A stretch of 64,000 nt of DNA from positions 32,001 through 96,000 of the IMG/VR virus record IMGVR_UViG_3300042307_001176; one strand, given 5' to 3'. Under the pieces are notes generated by a model. It did not search any database. It saw only the letters and a list, made by a program, of their open reading frames with translations, and was not told where the DNA came from. This stretch comes from a virus. Positions 1 through 9,205 of the stretch are shown one piece after another. Each line of letters starts with the position of its first letter. Within the stretch, counting starts at the first letter, position 1. The position numbers and the translations under genes are program-made.

Positions 1-1
1 T

Positions 2-340
2 GTTATAGAAGTTACTAACTATGCCATTTACACTCTAGATGGATGCGAATACGTTAAAGTTGGACACGGGAACTTTTCTTGGGGATCACACAAAGGGAAC
101 TGTTCTAATCCAATACACAAAGGACAGAGTTCTTCCAATGATCAATTAGAAATAGATGATGATTATTATATAGCCACTGACGAAAAGCACTTTGATTGTG
201 TAGTAAATGAGGCTATTATAGAAAGAAGAGATAATCCACCTTATGCTTATATTACTGAATGTGGGATTCTTTTTTATTCCGACGTAAAATATAAAGTGGG
301 AGATGTGATTGAAAATTTTAAATCAGGAAAGCACAAATAA
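2..340 (+). CDS. Hypothetical protein, 5' truncated by window edge
   Basis: Frame read by hand from base 2 (VIEVTNYAIYTLDGCEYVKVG...HKGNCSNPIH) to in-frame TAA at 338-340. Confidence 0.6.
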   Translation, partial: VIEVTNYAIYTLDGCEYVKVGHGNFSWGSHKGNCSNPIHKGQSSSNDQLEIDDDYYIATDEKHFDCVVNEAIIERRDNPPYAYITECGILFYSDVKYKVGDVIENFKSGKHK

Positions 341-357
341 TACACGATATATAAATA

Positions 358-990
358 GTGAAAAACATAAAATTATTTGAAAATTTTGATTCTAAGTACT
401 TATGGCCAGAAGCTAAATTTTGGATTGATAAGTTAGAACCGGAAGAATTATGTTTTCTTGGTGTTTATTCTTACATGTTAGAGAATGATAAAAAACAACC
501 ATTATTTGAGACTGAATATGACGGAACAAATGAAACAGATCCCGATGAACAAGATGGCGATGGAAGTTTGGAAATGTCATTTACTTTCCCTGTAGCAAAA
601 GCTGAATATTCTCCTAGTTTAACGTGTGAGATCATATTTAGCGGTGATTATTTACCTTATGATCCTGGAGATTATATGAATGCCCCAGAAGGAGGAGAAT
701 ATGTATTAAATAACATTGATATTGAATCTGCTTATTATTTAGATAAAGACGAAGTCAACGATTACGAATTGGCCAATATGGAATATAAATCCGAATTTGT
801 TACCAAATCGGATATGATTAATCTATTAAAATATATTGCTAGTTATTTTATAAGACATGACGAAGATAGTACGGATTCTAAACCCCCAGTTATTCCACAG
901 GGTCTGAAAGATAAATGTGAAAATTTAAGGAAAGAAATGCCTAATGTTACTAAAGGGTATGGAATGATCAGTAGATTTACTGGTAAGTAA
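358..990 (+). CDS. Acidic hypothetical protein with N-terminal MKxIKLFENF tag
   Basis: 210 aa ORF, GTG start directly after GATATATAAATA motif. Confidence 0.75.
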   Translation: MKNIKLFENFDSKYLWPEAKFWIDKLEPEELCFLGVYSYMLENDKKQPLFETEYDGTNETDPDEQDGDGSLEMSFTFPVAKAEYSPSLTCEIIFSGDYLPYDPGDYMNAPEGGEYVLNNIDIESAYYLDKDEVNDYELANMEYKSEFVTKSDMINLLKYIASYFIRHDEDSTDSKPPVIPQGLKDKCENLRKEMPNVTKGYGMISRFTGK

Positions 991-1203
991 TTAATAATCT
1001 TTATCGTCTGCATAAGCTTTAAGATTTGATATTTCTATTTTAAGCCTTATTATCTCCTCGTTAAGCTCTCGTATTTCGTCTATCTTCTCTTTGACCATAT
1101 CAAACCCTAGATTTACTATTTCTTTCTCTGTATGGCTAAAATCATCTTCTTTTAGTGATACTCTTTCTGAGATTATTTTTATGTATTCTTTTTTTAGATC
1201 CAT
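991..1203 (-). CDS. Hypothetical coiled-coil protein
   Basis: 70 aa ORF, convergent and abutting the previous stop. Confidence 0.6.
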   Translation of the reverse strand: MDLKKEYIKIISERVSLKEDDFSHTEKEIVNLGFDMVKEKIDEIRELNEEIIRLKIEISNLKAYADDKDY

Positions 1204-1263
1204 TTTTTTTTATTTTTTCGGGAAACAAAAATATTCTATATTTATATAATATCCAAATATATT

Positions 1264-1539
1264 ATGAAAATCTTTTCCTTAAGCTTATTCTTATTGTTTT
1301 ATGCGACGTCATATACACAAGATTCATGGAACCAAAGAATATCTTTAGTTTCTCCTAATAGAGATACATTATGGCTTCTTAATAATGATATTGGTCATTC
1401 AATTGCGTATTCTTGGAAAAATTATGAAGATACACAGGAACAGAAGAAACCTGTTATACTTCTGGTAAATGCTCTTCCTTTAGATAGATATTGTTACACA
1501 AATAACAAGAAGAAAAATGAAAAAAGGAGAAGGAAATAA
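1264..1539 (+). CDS. Hypothetical secreted protein
   Basis: Signal-peptide-like N terminus. Confidence 0.55.
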   Translation: MKIFSLSLFLLFYATSYTQDSWNQRISLVSPNRDTLWLLNNDIGHSIAYSWKNYEDTQEQKKPVILLVNALPLDRYCYTNNKKKNEKRRRK

Positions 1540-1701
1540 ATGTTTATATTGCGGGGATCCTAATTGTGATCTTAGTTGTAAACCTATTAGTGGTGTCAAT
1601 GAATTTTTAATTTTATTTATTCCTGTTATTTCATTAACTGCTTTATTATATTTTTGTTTTATACGAAAATAAAGATATATAATCTATAAAAAAATATTAA
1701 A

Positions 1702-2136
1702 ATGAAATATATTAAGCTTTTTGAAAATTTTGATTCTAATATAGGAAGCACAGACGATCTAATTTTTGATTGGATGCCTTTCGACGATCAAATAACTAAT
1801 CCGATACAATCATCTATACCAGAGACTCTTTCTATTACTGAATTGGCAGATTTTTTAATGTCTGCAGAAAAAAATGGAAATGATTCACAAATATTAGAAG
1901 CAGGTCTTTTTATGTCTCATAGAAAAAACTCAGATGGGGGATTTAATAGATTTATTACTAAATCAATTTCTCCTTTAATGTTCGAGATTGAGGTATTTAA
2001 TTCAGATTTTGAATCTGTTAATAAATTTGAAAATGTTGATGCTAGTAAGATGGGTAATTTAGGTGCATTTAATAAAGGCGCATCTATGTTAGGAAAATTT
2101 GGTCTTTTTGGTAAAGGTGGAAAAGAACAATTATAA
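1702..2136 (+). CDS. Hypothetical protein with MKYIKLFENF tag
   Basis: 144 aa ORF, GATATATA at 1674, terminator follows. Confidence 0.75.
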   Translation: MKYIKLFENFDSNIGSTDDLIFDWMPFDDQITNPIQSSIPETLSITELADFLMSAEKNGNDSQILEAGLFMSHRKNSDGGFNRFITKSISPLMFEIEVFNSDFESVNKFENVDASKMGNLGAFNKGASMLGKFGLFGKGGKEQL

Positions 2137-2160
2137 GTAAAACATTGTTAATAAATTATT

Positions 2161-2190
2161 AGCCTGCTTTTTAAAAAGCAGGCTTTTTTT
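2161..2190 (+). terminator. Intrinsic terminator
   Basis: agcctgctttt-taa-aaagcaggct hairpin followed by a T tract. Confidence 0.85.
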
Positions 2191-2246
2191 ATGCTTTTTT
2201 ATTTAATAATAGTTGATATATAATCAATAAATAATTTTTTTAAAAA

Positions 2247-2618
2247 ATGGAAGAATTCGGACCTCATATTACCCTAGATTTAAAAGGATGCCCAAAAGAG
2301 GTATTATCGGATTATAACTTGCATTTTGATTATTTAAAATCCCTTCCTGGGTTAATTCACATGACTCCTATAACTCAACCATATGTTTTTCCTTATTCGG
2401 GATTAGTCCCTGAGGATAAAGGAATTACTGGAATCGTTATTATTGCGGAAAGTCATATATCTGTTCATTCGTTTGAAGATAAAGGATATTGCTTCATTGA
2501 TATATTCTCTTGCAAAGATTTTGATGTTGAAAGAGCTATACAGATAACTAAGGATTTATTTAAACCAGAGAATTGCGAAATACACGTAGTTGCTAGAGGT
2601 AAAGATTTTCCTAGATAA
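2247..2618 (+). CDS. speD: Pyruvoyl-dependent S-adenosylmethionine decarboxylase family proenzyme
   Basis: GITGIVIIAESHISVH self-cleavage motif, DIFSCK. Confidence 0.9.
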   Translation: MEEFGPHITLDLKGCPKEVLSDYNLHFDYLKSLPGLIHMTPITQPYVFPYSGLVPEDKGITGIVIIAESHISVHSFEDKGYCFIDIFSCKDFDVERAIQITKDLFKPENCEIHVVARGKDFPR

Positions 2619-3137
2619 TTAATTCTTTTTTATCTTCTTTTTCATCTCATCTATCATAGATATAGTTGAACTGATCCGGGGTTTTTTGTAAACTATTACT
2701 TTCTCCTCTCTAGGTGATTCAGGTACAAGCATCATAGATACGGAGGAATCACCAACGGTGTATATTCTTTTTTCTTTTGAAATAGTATTAAGTCTTACTA
2801 TTCTTTCTTCTGTGTTTCTATTATTGCTTCGAATATCACCTTTTAATTGATCTAGCATTTGTAAAAATTCTTCTTCCCTGAATACTATTTGATTTGTACA
2901 TTCTTTTTCGTTTCTTCTTATACTAGATTCTAATGAATCAACATCAGATTCTAATTTCTCTATCTTCACATCTTGTTTTTTTATTTCACTATCTAATTCG
3001 TCCCTATCTAATGTTATTGATGATATAAAAGAAGGTGCTATACTAATTATTACAATTGCTAAAAGTAGCATGGAAAGAGCCACAATTTTTTGTGGAGTTG
3101 AGAATTGTGCTAGGATTTTTGAAATATATTTGAACAT
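2619..3137 (-). CDS. Membrane-anchored coiled-coil protein
   Basis: N-terminal TM helix followed by heptad pattern. Confidence 0.65.
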   Translation of the reverse strand: MFKYISKILAQFSTPQKIVALSMLLLAIVIISIAPSFISSITLDRDELDSEIKKQDVKIEKLESDVDSLESSIRRNEKECTNQIVFREEEFLQMLDQLKGDIRSNNRNTEERIVRLNTISKEKRIYTVGDSSVSMMLVPESPREEKVIVYKKPRISSTISMIDEMKKKIKKN

Positions 3138-3175
3138 ATATTATATATTACACCTTCTTTAATATATAGTGATAT

Positions 3176-3484
3176 ATGAACAATATTATTTTAAATAGGC
3201 TAGAAATAATGTTTGAGGATCTTCCTAATAAAATGCCATGGACATCAGTTGCAGGAGAACTTGAAGCATTGGGGGGAAACGGATGGAGATTACCTACCGA
3301 ATTGGAATTTAAAGATATCTATAACTTTTCTAAATTAGGAATAGGTGGATTTAAGCCAGAAAAATATTGGTCAGCATCTTCATCTGGTAATAAAGCTTGG
3401 TATTACAATTTAGGCAAAGGATATTCACCACACATTACTAATCAATCTAATCAATTGTATGTGAGATTAGTTAGAAATATCTAG
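3176..3484 (+). CDS. DUF1566/Lcl C-terminal (CLec-fold) domain protein
   Basis: GWRLPT..E, YWS, AWY, C-terminal YVRLVR. Confidence 0.8.
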   Translation: MNNIILNRLEIMFEDLPNKMPWTSVAGELEALGGNGWRLPTELEFKDIYNFSKLGIGGFKPEKYWSASSSGNKAWYYNLGKGYSPHITNQSNQLYVRLVRNI

Positions 3485-3702
3485 TATTGATCCTGGTTTC
3501 TTATTCTAGACAAAGACTTATCTATGGATCTGTCTAAATCTTCCGTTGCTTTTCTTAAATCCTGATTGTGTATAGAAGATAAAGATCTTGCTATTTCATA
3601 TCTGTCTAAAAATACTTCGTATTTATAATTTTTCTCTTTTAAGATAACTTCATCAGCAATTTCTTTTCCAAATTCTTCTAATTGTTTTTCGTAAGACTTC
3701 AT
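3481..3702 (-). CDS. Hypothetical protein
   Basis: 73 aa ORF. Confidence 0.55.
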   Translation of the reverse strand: MKSYEKQLEEFGKEIADEVILKEKNYKYEVFLDRYEIARSLSSIHNQDLRKATEDLDRSIDKSLSRIRNQDQY

Positions 3703-3811
3703 GGGGTTTTATATTAGTTTTTTGTAAATGTAAGAATTTACTACATATAATTGTATATTATATATTCGAAATAATTTCATTCTCTCACACTATAATTAAA
3801 TAAAAAAGAAT

Positions 3812-4792
3812 ATGGCAAAGAAGAAAGGTCCTATATCAATGTTTATAGAAAGAAATTACAAGCATTTTAATGCCGCTGCATTAAAAGATGCAGCAATTGG
3901 CTACGAGACTCACATAGATAAGGGAGGTAAAATGCTAGTTTCGCTTGCTGGTGCAATGAGTACAGCAGAGCTAGGTATTTCTTTAGCAGAAATGATTAGA
4001 GCTGGTAAAGTTGATATTATCTCTTGTACTGGAGCTAACTTAGAAGAGGATCTAATGAATCTCGTAGCACATTCACATTATAAAAGAATACCAAATTATA
4101 GGGATCTTACACCCGAGCAAGAAAGAGAATTGCTAGACCAAGGTTTAAATAGAGTTACTGATACATGTATTCCCGAAGAAGAGGCTTTTAGGAGATTACA
4201 ATCACATATCTATAATCTTTGGAAAGAAGCAGAAGATGTGGGAGAAAAATATTTTCCACATGAATTCATGTATATGTTAATTAATAGTGGTGTTCTCACA
4301 CAGTATTATGAGATTGATCCTAAGGACTCTTGGATGGTTGCTGCAGCAGAAAGAAATCTACCGATGGTTGTACCTGGATGGGAAGATTCAACATTAGGGA
4401 ATATATTTGCTTCTTATGTTATAAAAGGCGAATTAGACCCGAATACTGTAAGAAATGGTATTGAATATATGGTTTATCTTAGTGAATGGTACAGAAATAA
4501 TTGTTCAGAGCCTGGAATAGGATTTTTCCAAATTGGCGGAGGCATTGCTGGTGATTTTCCAATATGTGTTGTTCCGATGATGTATCAGGATCTTGAATGG
4601 GAAGATGTGCCATTCTGGTCTTACTTCTGTCAAATATCAGATTCAACAACATCTTATGGATCTTACTCAGGAGCAGTACCGAATGAGAAAATAACATGGG
4701 GTAAATTGGACGCAGACACTCCAAAATTTATAGTAGAATCTGATGCAACGATAGTTGCTCCTCTTATATTTGCTTGGATACTTAATCAATAA
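3812..4792 (+). CDS. Deoxyhypusine synthase-like protein (possible homospermidine synthase)
   Basis: LAGAMSTAELG, CTGANLEED, IGGG, GSYSGAVPNEKITWGK, ESDATIVAPL. Confidence 0.9.
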   Translation: MAKKKGPISMFIERNYKHFNAAALKDAAIGYETHIDKGGKMLVSLAGAMSTAELGISLAEMIRAGKVDIISCTGANLEEDLMNLVAHSHYKRIPNYRDLTPEQERELLDQGLNRVTDTCIPEEEAFRRLQSHIYNLWKEAEDVGEKYFPHEFMYMLINSGVLTQYYEIDPKDSWMVAAAERNLPMVVPGWEDSTLGNIFASYVIKGELDPNTVRNGIEYMVYLSEWYRNNCSEPGIGFFQIGGGIAGDFPICVVPMMYQDLEWEDVPFWSYFCQISDSTTSYGSYSGAVPNEKITWGKLDADTPKFIVESDATIVAPLIFAWILNQ

Positions 4793-4837
4793 ATACATTA
4801 TCAAATAAAACCCTCGTATTCTTTTGATATATAGTAG

Positions 4838-5623
4838 ATGATAAGATCCTGTATTATTATAGGACTATTTTTTATATTAGGTTATATACATAATAGAAGT
4901 AATAGAATGAAGCATTTGAAATCAATAGATGAGTTTAAACAAGTAAACGAACAATTGTTTGGAAACATTACTAGGGAGCTTACTAAAGGTATTTTAAAAA
5001 ATGATGATTCTAAATCTAAAGATGATAGTGGAGGAACAGGAGGAGCAGGAGGAGGAACAGGGCCTGCACCAGATAAGGCAGCAGGAGTTGTAGGAGATTA
5101 TGGCAAATTTAGTGATGGTGCAAGTAAATCATCGCCATTAGCTATTGTTTTTGGGGGAATTCCAGTAGGCGGGAAACAAAGTGGAGAGTATATGTACGAT
5201 TACTTTAATAAAACAGGAAACAAGTTTAATCTTTTTGTCGCATCTAATTCAAATGTCAATGGTAAGGCTTCTTATGATTCAGTAATTAAAAAAGATATAA
5301 CTCCATCTAAAAAGATACTTTATTTATTTTCTGGGGGATATAAACCAGGAATGGAATTATTAAAAAGTGTTGGTGCTGATAAATTTGATAAAATCTATCT
5401 AGTTGATATTTGGATGGGTAATTCTTCTGTATCAGATTTCTACACTAAACTAGCTAAAGACAATAAAGAAAAAGTTGAATATTATTATACCAGTTTTGGA
5501 GCAAATAATAATACAGCAAGAAATACTATCTCGCAGACTGTTTCAAAATCTGTAGCAAATAGCAAAAATAATCACATGGAGACAAACAATGATGCAGTTG
5601 AGGCATTGATAAAATATATTTAA
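4838..5623 (+). CDS. Putative alpha/beta-hydrolase-like protein; alternative start at 4907 (MKHLKSIDEF tag)
   Basis: Gly-rich linker, YLFSGG elbow-like motif, C-terminal His. Confidence 0.55.
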   Translation: MIRSCIIIGLFFILGYIHNRSNRMKHLKSIDEFKQVNEQLFGNITRELTKGILKNDDSKSKDDSGGTGGAGGGTGPAPDKAAGVVGDYGKFSDGASKSSPLAIVFGGIPVGGKQSGEYMYDYFNKTGNKFNLFVASNSNVNGKASYDSVIKKDITPSKKILYLFSGGYKPGMELLKSVGADKFDKIYLVDIWMGNSSVSDFYTKLAKDNKEKVEYYYTSFGANNNTARNTISQTVSKSVANSKNNHMETNNDAVEALIKYI

Positions 5624-5625
5624 TA

Positions 5626-6399
5626 ATGAAACACCTTAAAACCATAGAGAATTTTAAAATTGTAAATGAACAATTATTTAAGGCTGATATAGCTATGTTT
5701 AATAAACTAATGGGAATATCTGTTGAAGAAACTGGAATAGCAGAACCTAATCTTTTTCCAGCCGAAGCTCCTTCTGGGTTAGGACAAGCATTAGCTCCTA
5801 TAGCTAATATAAATACTGACCAAATGGATTCTTACGGATCTACTGCGGGAATAATGGATAAGAATGACGGTGCTGATTATAAACAACCCCTTAGAGGTCC
5901 TATAGGAAATATAGTCAATTCAGCTTATGCTAATCTTAATGTACCAACAAGAAAAATACCAGGAACAGGAGGGGGTAATCTAGGATGTGCAGCAGCTGTT
6001 TCTATTATATTTTATAGAGCAACTGGATATGCTATAGCTGGATCTGGAGCTATCACTCTTGGTACAGGATCTCTTTGGAGTTACATGAGTAAAGAAAGTG
6101 AAAAAAGCGACGGTGTTTGGAAAAAAATAACAGATTGGAAAACAGGATCACAACCTGGCGACATAATTCTAACTGCTAGAGGATCAAAAGCTGGTCACGT
6201 AGGTGTTGTTATAAATGGAGGAAATATAATTTCTAATTCATCCGGGGGATTTAAAGGAGATAAAAAAGGACAGATTGAAATGAACTATAACTTGAATAGC
6301 TGGTCTAGTGTTGCTGCAAGAAATCCTTCACAAACTGCAGCATTCAGATATGTAGGTCCATATAAAAAAACATGGGGATCTGAAGCTCAGTTAGCATAA
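5626..6399 (+). CDS. NlpC/P60-CHAP-like peptidoglycan peptidase with MKHLK tag
   Basis: GCAAAVS, PGDII, GHVGVV Cys/His pattern. Confidence 0.7.
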   Translation: MKHLKTIENFKIVNEQLFKADIAMFNKLMGISVEETGIAEPNLFPAEAPSGLGQALAPIANINTDQMDSYGSTAGIMDKNDGADYKQPLRGPIGNIVNSAYANLNVPTRKIPGTGGGNLGCAAAVSIIFYRATGYAIAGSGAITLGTGSLWSYMSKESEKSDGVWKKITDWKTGSQPGDIILTARGSKAGHVGVVINGGNIISNSSGGFKGDKKGQIEMNYNLNSWSSVAARNPSQTAAFRYVGPYKKTWGSEAQLA

Positions 6400-6458
6400 T
6401 TTCAGAAATCATTTTTTTATACAACTAGAAGTTTCTATATTTACCCAAAATAACTAAT

Positions 6459-6671
6459 ATGGGTGAAAAAATAATTAAGGTCCTGGATAATTACCGGACA
6501 AATCCAGAAAGCCATATTCCTGGCGGTTCTGTAGTAGAGACTTTTAACGACAAAGGTCTAAGATTAGTATATGACAAGATTAAAAATCCTGGAGCATATA
6601 TTAAAAGAATTACTAAAGACGAATCAATCATTAAAGTTTACGTTGATGGAGAACTCAAGTTTGAAAGATAA
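6459..6671 (+). CDS. Hypothetical protein
   Basis: 70 aa ORF. Confidence 0.6.
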   Translation: MGEKIIKVLDNYRTNPESHIPGGSVVETFNDKGLRLVYDKIKNPGAYIKRITKDESIIKVYVDGELKFER

Positions 6672-6736
6672 TTCTAATACATTAAATTGGGAAAATTGTA
6701 ATATTATCAAAATCTAATAAACTAATCTTAAATATT

Positions 6737-7078
6737 ATGGCACTAAATTATGACTTAAGGGAAATAAAGAATTACAAAAAATTGTGGGAAAGAAGTGAAA
6801 TTACACAAGAAAATACACAAATGAAGGAACCTTATCGTACAATAATTTTTTGTACAATGATAGTGGGAATGAGGGAGATAACGGAAGAGAACTGTTCTAA
6901 ATTCCTTGAGAGAGTTTCTTTCGTAGAGAAAACACAGGGTAGCTTTTTCTATAAGAATAAAAAACCTCTATACATCTCTGAGAAGGATATCAATAGAATG
7001 ATTGGTTTAAAAACTAATGCTTCACTTCTTACCAAAGCACAATTTATTAAGAGACACACACAAGATTTAAAGATCTAA
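6737..7078 (+). CDS. Hypothetical protein
   Basis: 113 aa ORF in co-oriented run. Confidence 0.7.
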   Translation: MALNYDLREIKNYKKLWERSEITQENTQMKEPYRTIIFCTMIVGMREITEENCSKFLERVSFVEKTQGSFFYKNKKPLYISEKDINRMIGLKTNASLLTKAQFIKRHTQDLKI

Positions 7079-7094
7079 TTAAAAAATTAAAATC

Positions 7095-7604
7095 ATGACT
7101 TATTTAGATTACGAAGTAACGCAATTACCCAATAGTGTCGAAATGATCTTCTGTAAACCATTAGACGAAGATGGAGTGAGAAAAGGATTAGATGAAACAC
7201 AAAAAAAAATTATCATTAAATTACTTCAATTTTCACAGAGTGAGATAGATGAAATGTATGATGATATTAAGTCTCAGCATGGGATTTTATCAATATTAGA
7301 AGGTAGATTAAATAGTATTAACTGTAAGATTGATAAAGCATCAAGAATATTAATATCTCTTTCCTGTTCATCTCCGGGTGAAGCTGTCATGTATACATAT
7401 TACATAGCTTATATGATGAAAAAAAAGAATATAAGTGATTTGTCTTTAGATAGACTTTTTATTGATGTATTTCATGTTGGATTTTTTTCTGCAGAGTCTC
7501 TTTACGAATACTGGAGCAAACAAAAAGTTAATCAAGGAAAAAATCAAGGGGGTGACAATTTATTAGATTATCCGAAAGCATCAGAAAGTTTATTGATGAA
7601 ATAA
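7095..7604 (+). CDS. Hypothetical protein
   Basis: 169 aa ORF. Confidence 0.7.
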   Translation: MTYLDYEVTQLPNSVEMIFCKPLDEDGVRKGLDETQKKIIIKLLQFSQSEIDEMYDDIKSQHGILSILEGRLNSINCKIDKASRILISLSCSSPGEAVMYTYYIAYMMKKKNISDLSLDRLFIDVFHVGFFSAESLYEYWSKQKVNQGKNQGGDNLLDYPKASESLLMK

Positions 7605-7638
7605 AATAGTTTTATCCCAGTATAATAAATAAAAGAAT

Positions 7639-7791
7639 ATGGGAGATAATAAAATTGACGAAATCGGAGCTATCGAAGAGATGGTTAAAAAATACCCAAA
7701 CGATTCAGAGCTGGGTAAAAAAATAAGAGAGCATTTTATAGCTAAAGGAATATACGAAAATACTGTAGCTGGGGTGAAAGCAAATAAGTAG
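7639..7791 (+). CDS. Small hypothetical protein (50 aa, not in ORF track)
   Basis: MGDNKIDE...KKYPNDSELGKKIR...; fills the gap in a co-oriented run. Confidence 0.6.
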   Translation: MGDNKIDEIGAIEEMVKKYPNDSELGKKIREHFIAKGIYENTVAGVKANK

Positions 7792-7798
7792 TAAATTA

Positions 7799-8101
7799 AT
7801 GACCGAAAATCACCAAGCACCATCAGTAACAGATTGGGAAGCTTTTGTTAATAACGAAAAATCTATAAGTATAAAGATTAATGAATCTTTAGATATTACA
7901 GATAGTAAGATTAAATTCTTAGGGAAAAATCGGGAATTCTTAATTGAGATGAAACTTAACTCTCACAATATTAATATCTGCTTAGCTATAGGAAATCCGC
8001 TATTTGTGGAACTACATACGCCAAAGGGCGTTTCTGTACAATATGTAAAAGGATCAGGAAAAGATCACTATAAGAAATTGCAGGAAGAAAAAAATAAATA
8101 A
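7799..8101 (+). CDS. Hypothetical protein
   Basis: 100 aa ORF. Confidence 0.65.
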   Translation: MTENHQAPSVTDWEAFVNNEKSISIKINESLDITDSKIKFLGKNREFLIEMKLNSHNINICLAIGNPLFVELHTPKGVSVQYVKGSGKDHYKKLQEEKNK

Positions 8102-8106
8102 TTATA

Positions 8107-8628
8107 ATGGAATCTGTTAATAAATTTTATGCTGGAATAGGTTCTAGAGAAACACCCCCAGGAATAGAGCCAATGATTGAAGAAGCTGCTCGGTTTTTAG
8201 GACTTTTTGGATACACTTTAAGATCAGGAGCAGCTCCTGGGTCTGATTTTATGTTTGAAACTCATTGCATTCACGACAAAGAAATATATCTACCATGGAA
8301 AGGATTTAATGATAATATCTCTGATCTTTATCTTGACAATATGGATCAGACTAAAGTAGCTGAAGCTAGAGAGATAGCTAAGGATCACCATCCTTCTTGG
8401 AACTATTTGTCTGAAGCTGCAAAAAAGCTTATGACTAGAAACACATTCCAAGTTCTAGGCAAGGACCTTAAAACACCCGTTTCTTTTATTGTGTGTTGGA
8501 CTAAAGGTGGTAGGATAGAAGGAGGTACTGGACAAGCACTTAGAATTGCTAAGAGAAACTTTATACCCATATTCAATCTATATAATAAAGATTGTTTACA
8601 TCAAATAAAAATACACATAACAAAATAA
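8107..8628 (+). CDS. SLOG/DprA-Smf-like nucleotide-binding protein
   Basis: YAGIGSRETP, LRSGAAPGSD, GGTGQALRIA, IPIFNL. Confidence 0.75.
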   Translation: MESVNKFYAGIGSRETPPGIEPMIEEAARFLGLFGYTLRSGAAPGSDFMFETHCIHDKEIYLPWKGFNDNISDLYLDNMDQTKVAEAREIAKDHHPSWNYLSEAAKKLMTRNTFQVLGKDLKTPVSFIVCWTKGGRIEGGTGQALRIAKRNFIPIFNLYNKDCLHQIKIHITK

Positions 8629-8629
8629 A

Positions 8630-9202
8630 ATGTCAGAAACTATTAATTTGCCCAGTCCAAAAGAAAGAAAATTATTTCTTGATCGTCAGGTATCACAAAG
8701 TTCCATTAATGCTATCTCTAAAGAAATTATTGGAATTAACGACCACGATGAGTATATTGAAAGAATATACGAAGCTCATGATTTACAATACGTACCTAAA
8801 CCTATAAAGTTATATATAGATTCGTATGGTGGATTAGTCTATCAATGTCTAGGTCTTTTAGGAATAATGAAATCTAGTAAAGCTCCTATTCACACGATAG
8901 TTACTGGATGTGCTATGTCTTGTGGATTTTTAATTTCTATATCAGGGCATAAAAGATATGGGTATCCAAGATCAACTTATCTTTATCATCAAGTTGGGGG
9001 TGGAGCAGTTGGTAAGGTTAAAGATATAGAAGAAGAATTAGTTGAGATGCTAAGACTACAAAAACACGTAGAAGAAATTACTCTCGAGCAGACAAAAATA
9101 CCGGCTAAAAGATTGGAGAGAGTTTATAAATCAAAAAAAGATTGGTATATGGATTCAAATGAGGCAATTAAATTTAAAGTTATAGACGAGGTTATTTTAT
9201 AA
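8630..9202 (+). CDS. clpP: ClpP-family protease
   Basis: LYIDSYGG, GCAMSCG (catalytic Ser), YHQ, DWYMDSNEA. Confidence 0.85.
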   Translation: MSETINLPSPKERKLFLDRQVSQSSINAISKEIIGINDHDEYIERIYEAHDLQYVPKPIKLYIDSYGGLVYQCLGLLGIMKSSKAPIHTIVTGCAMSCGFLISISGHKRYGYPRSTYLYHQVGGGAVGKVKDIEEELVEMLRLQKHVEEITLEQTKIPAKRLERVYKSKKDWYMDSNEAIKFKVIDEVIL

Positions 9203-9205
9203 AGA

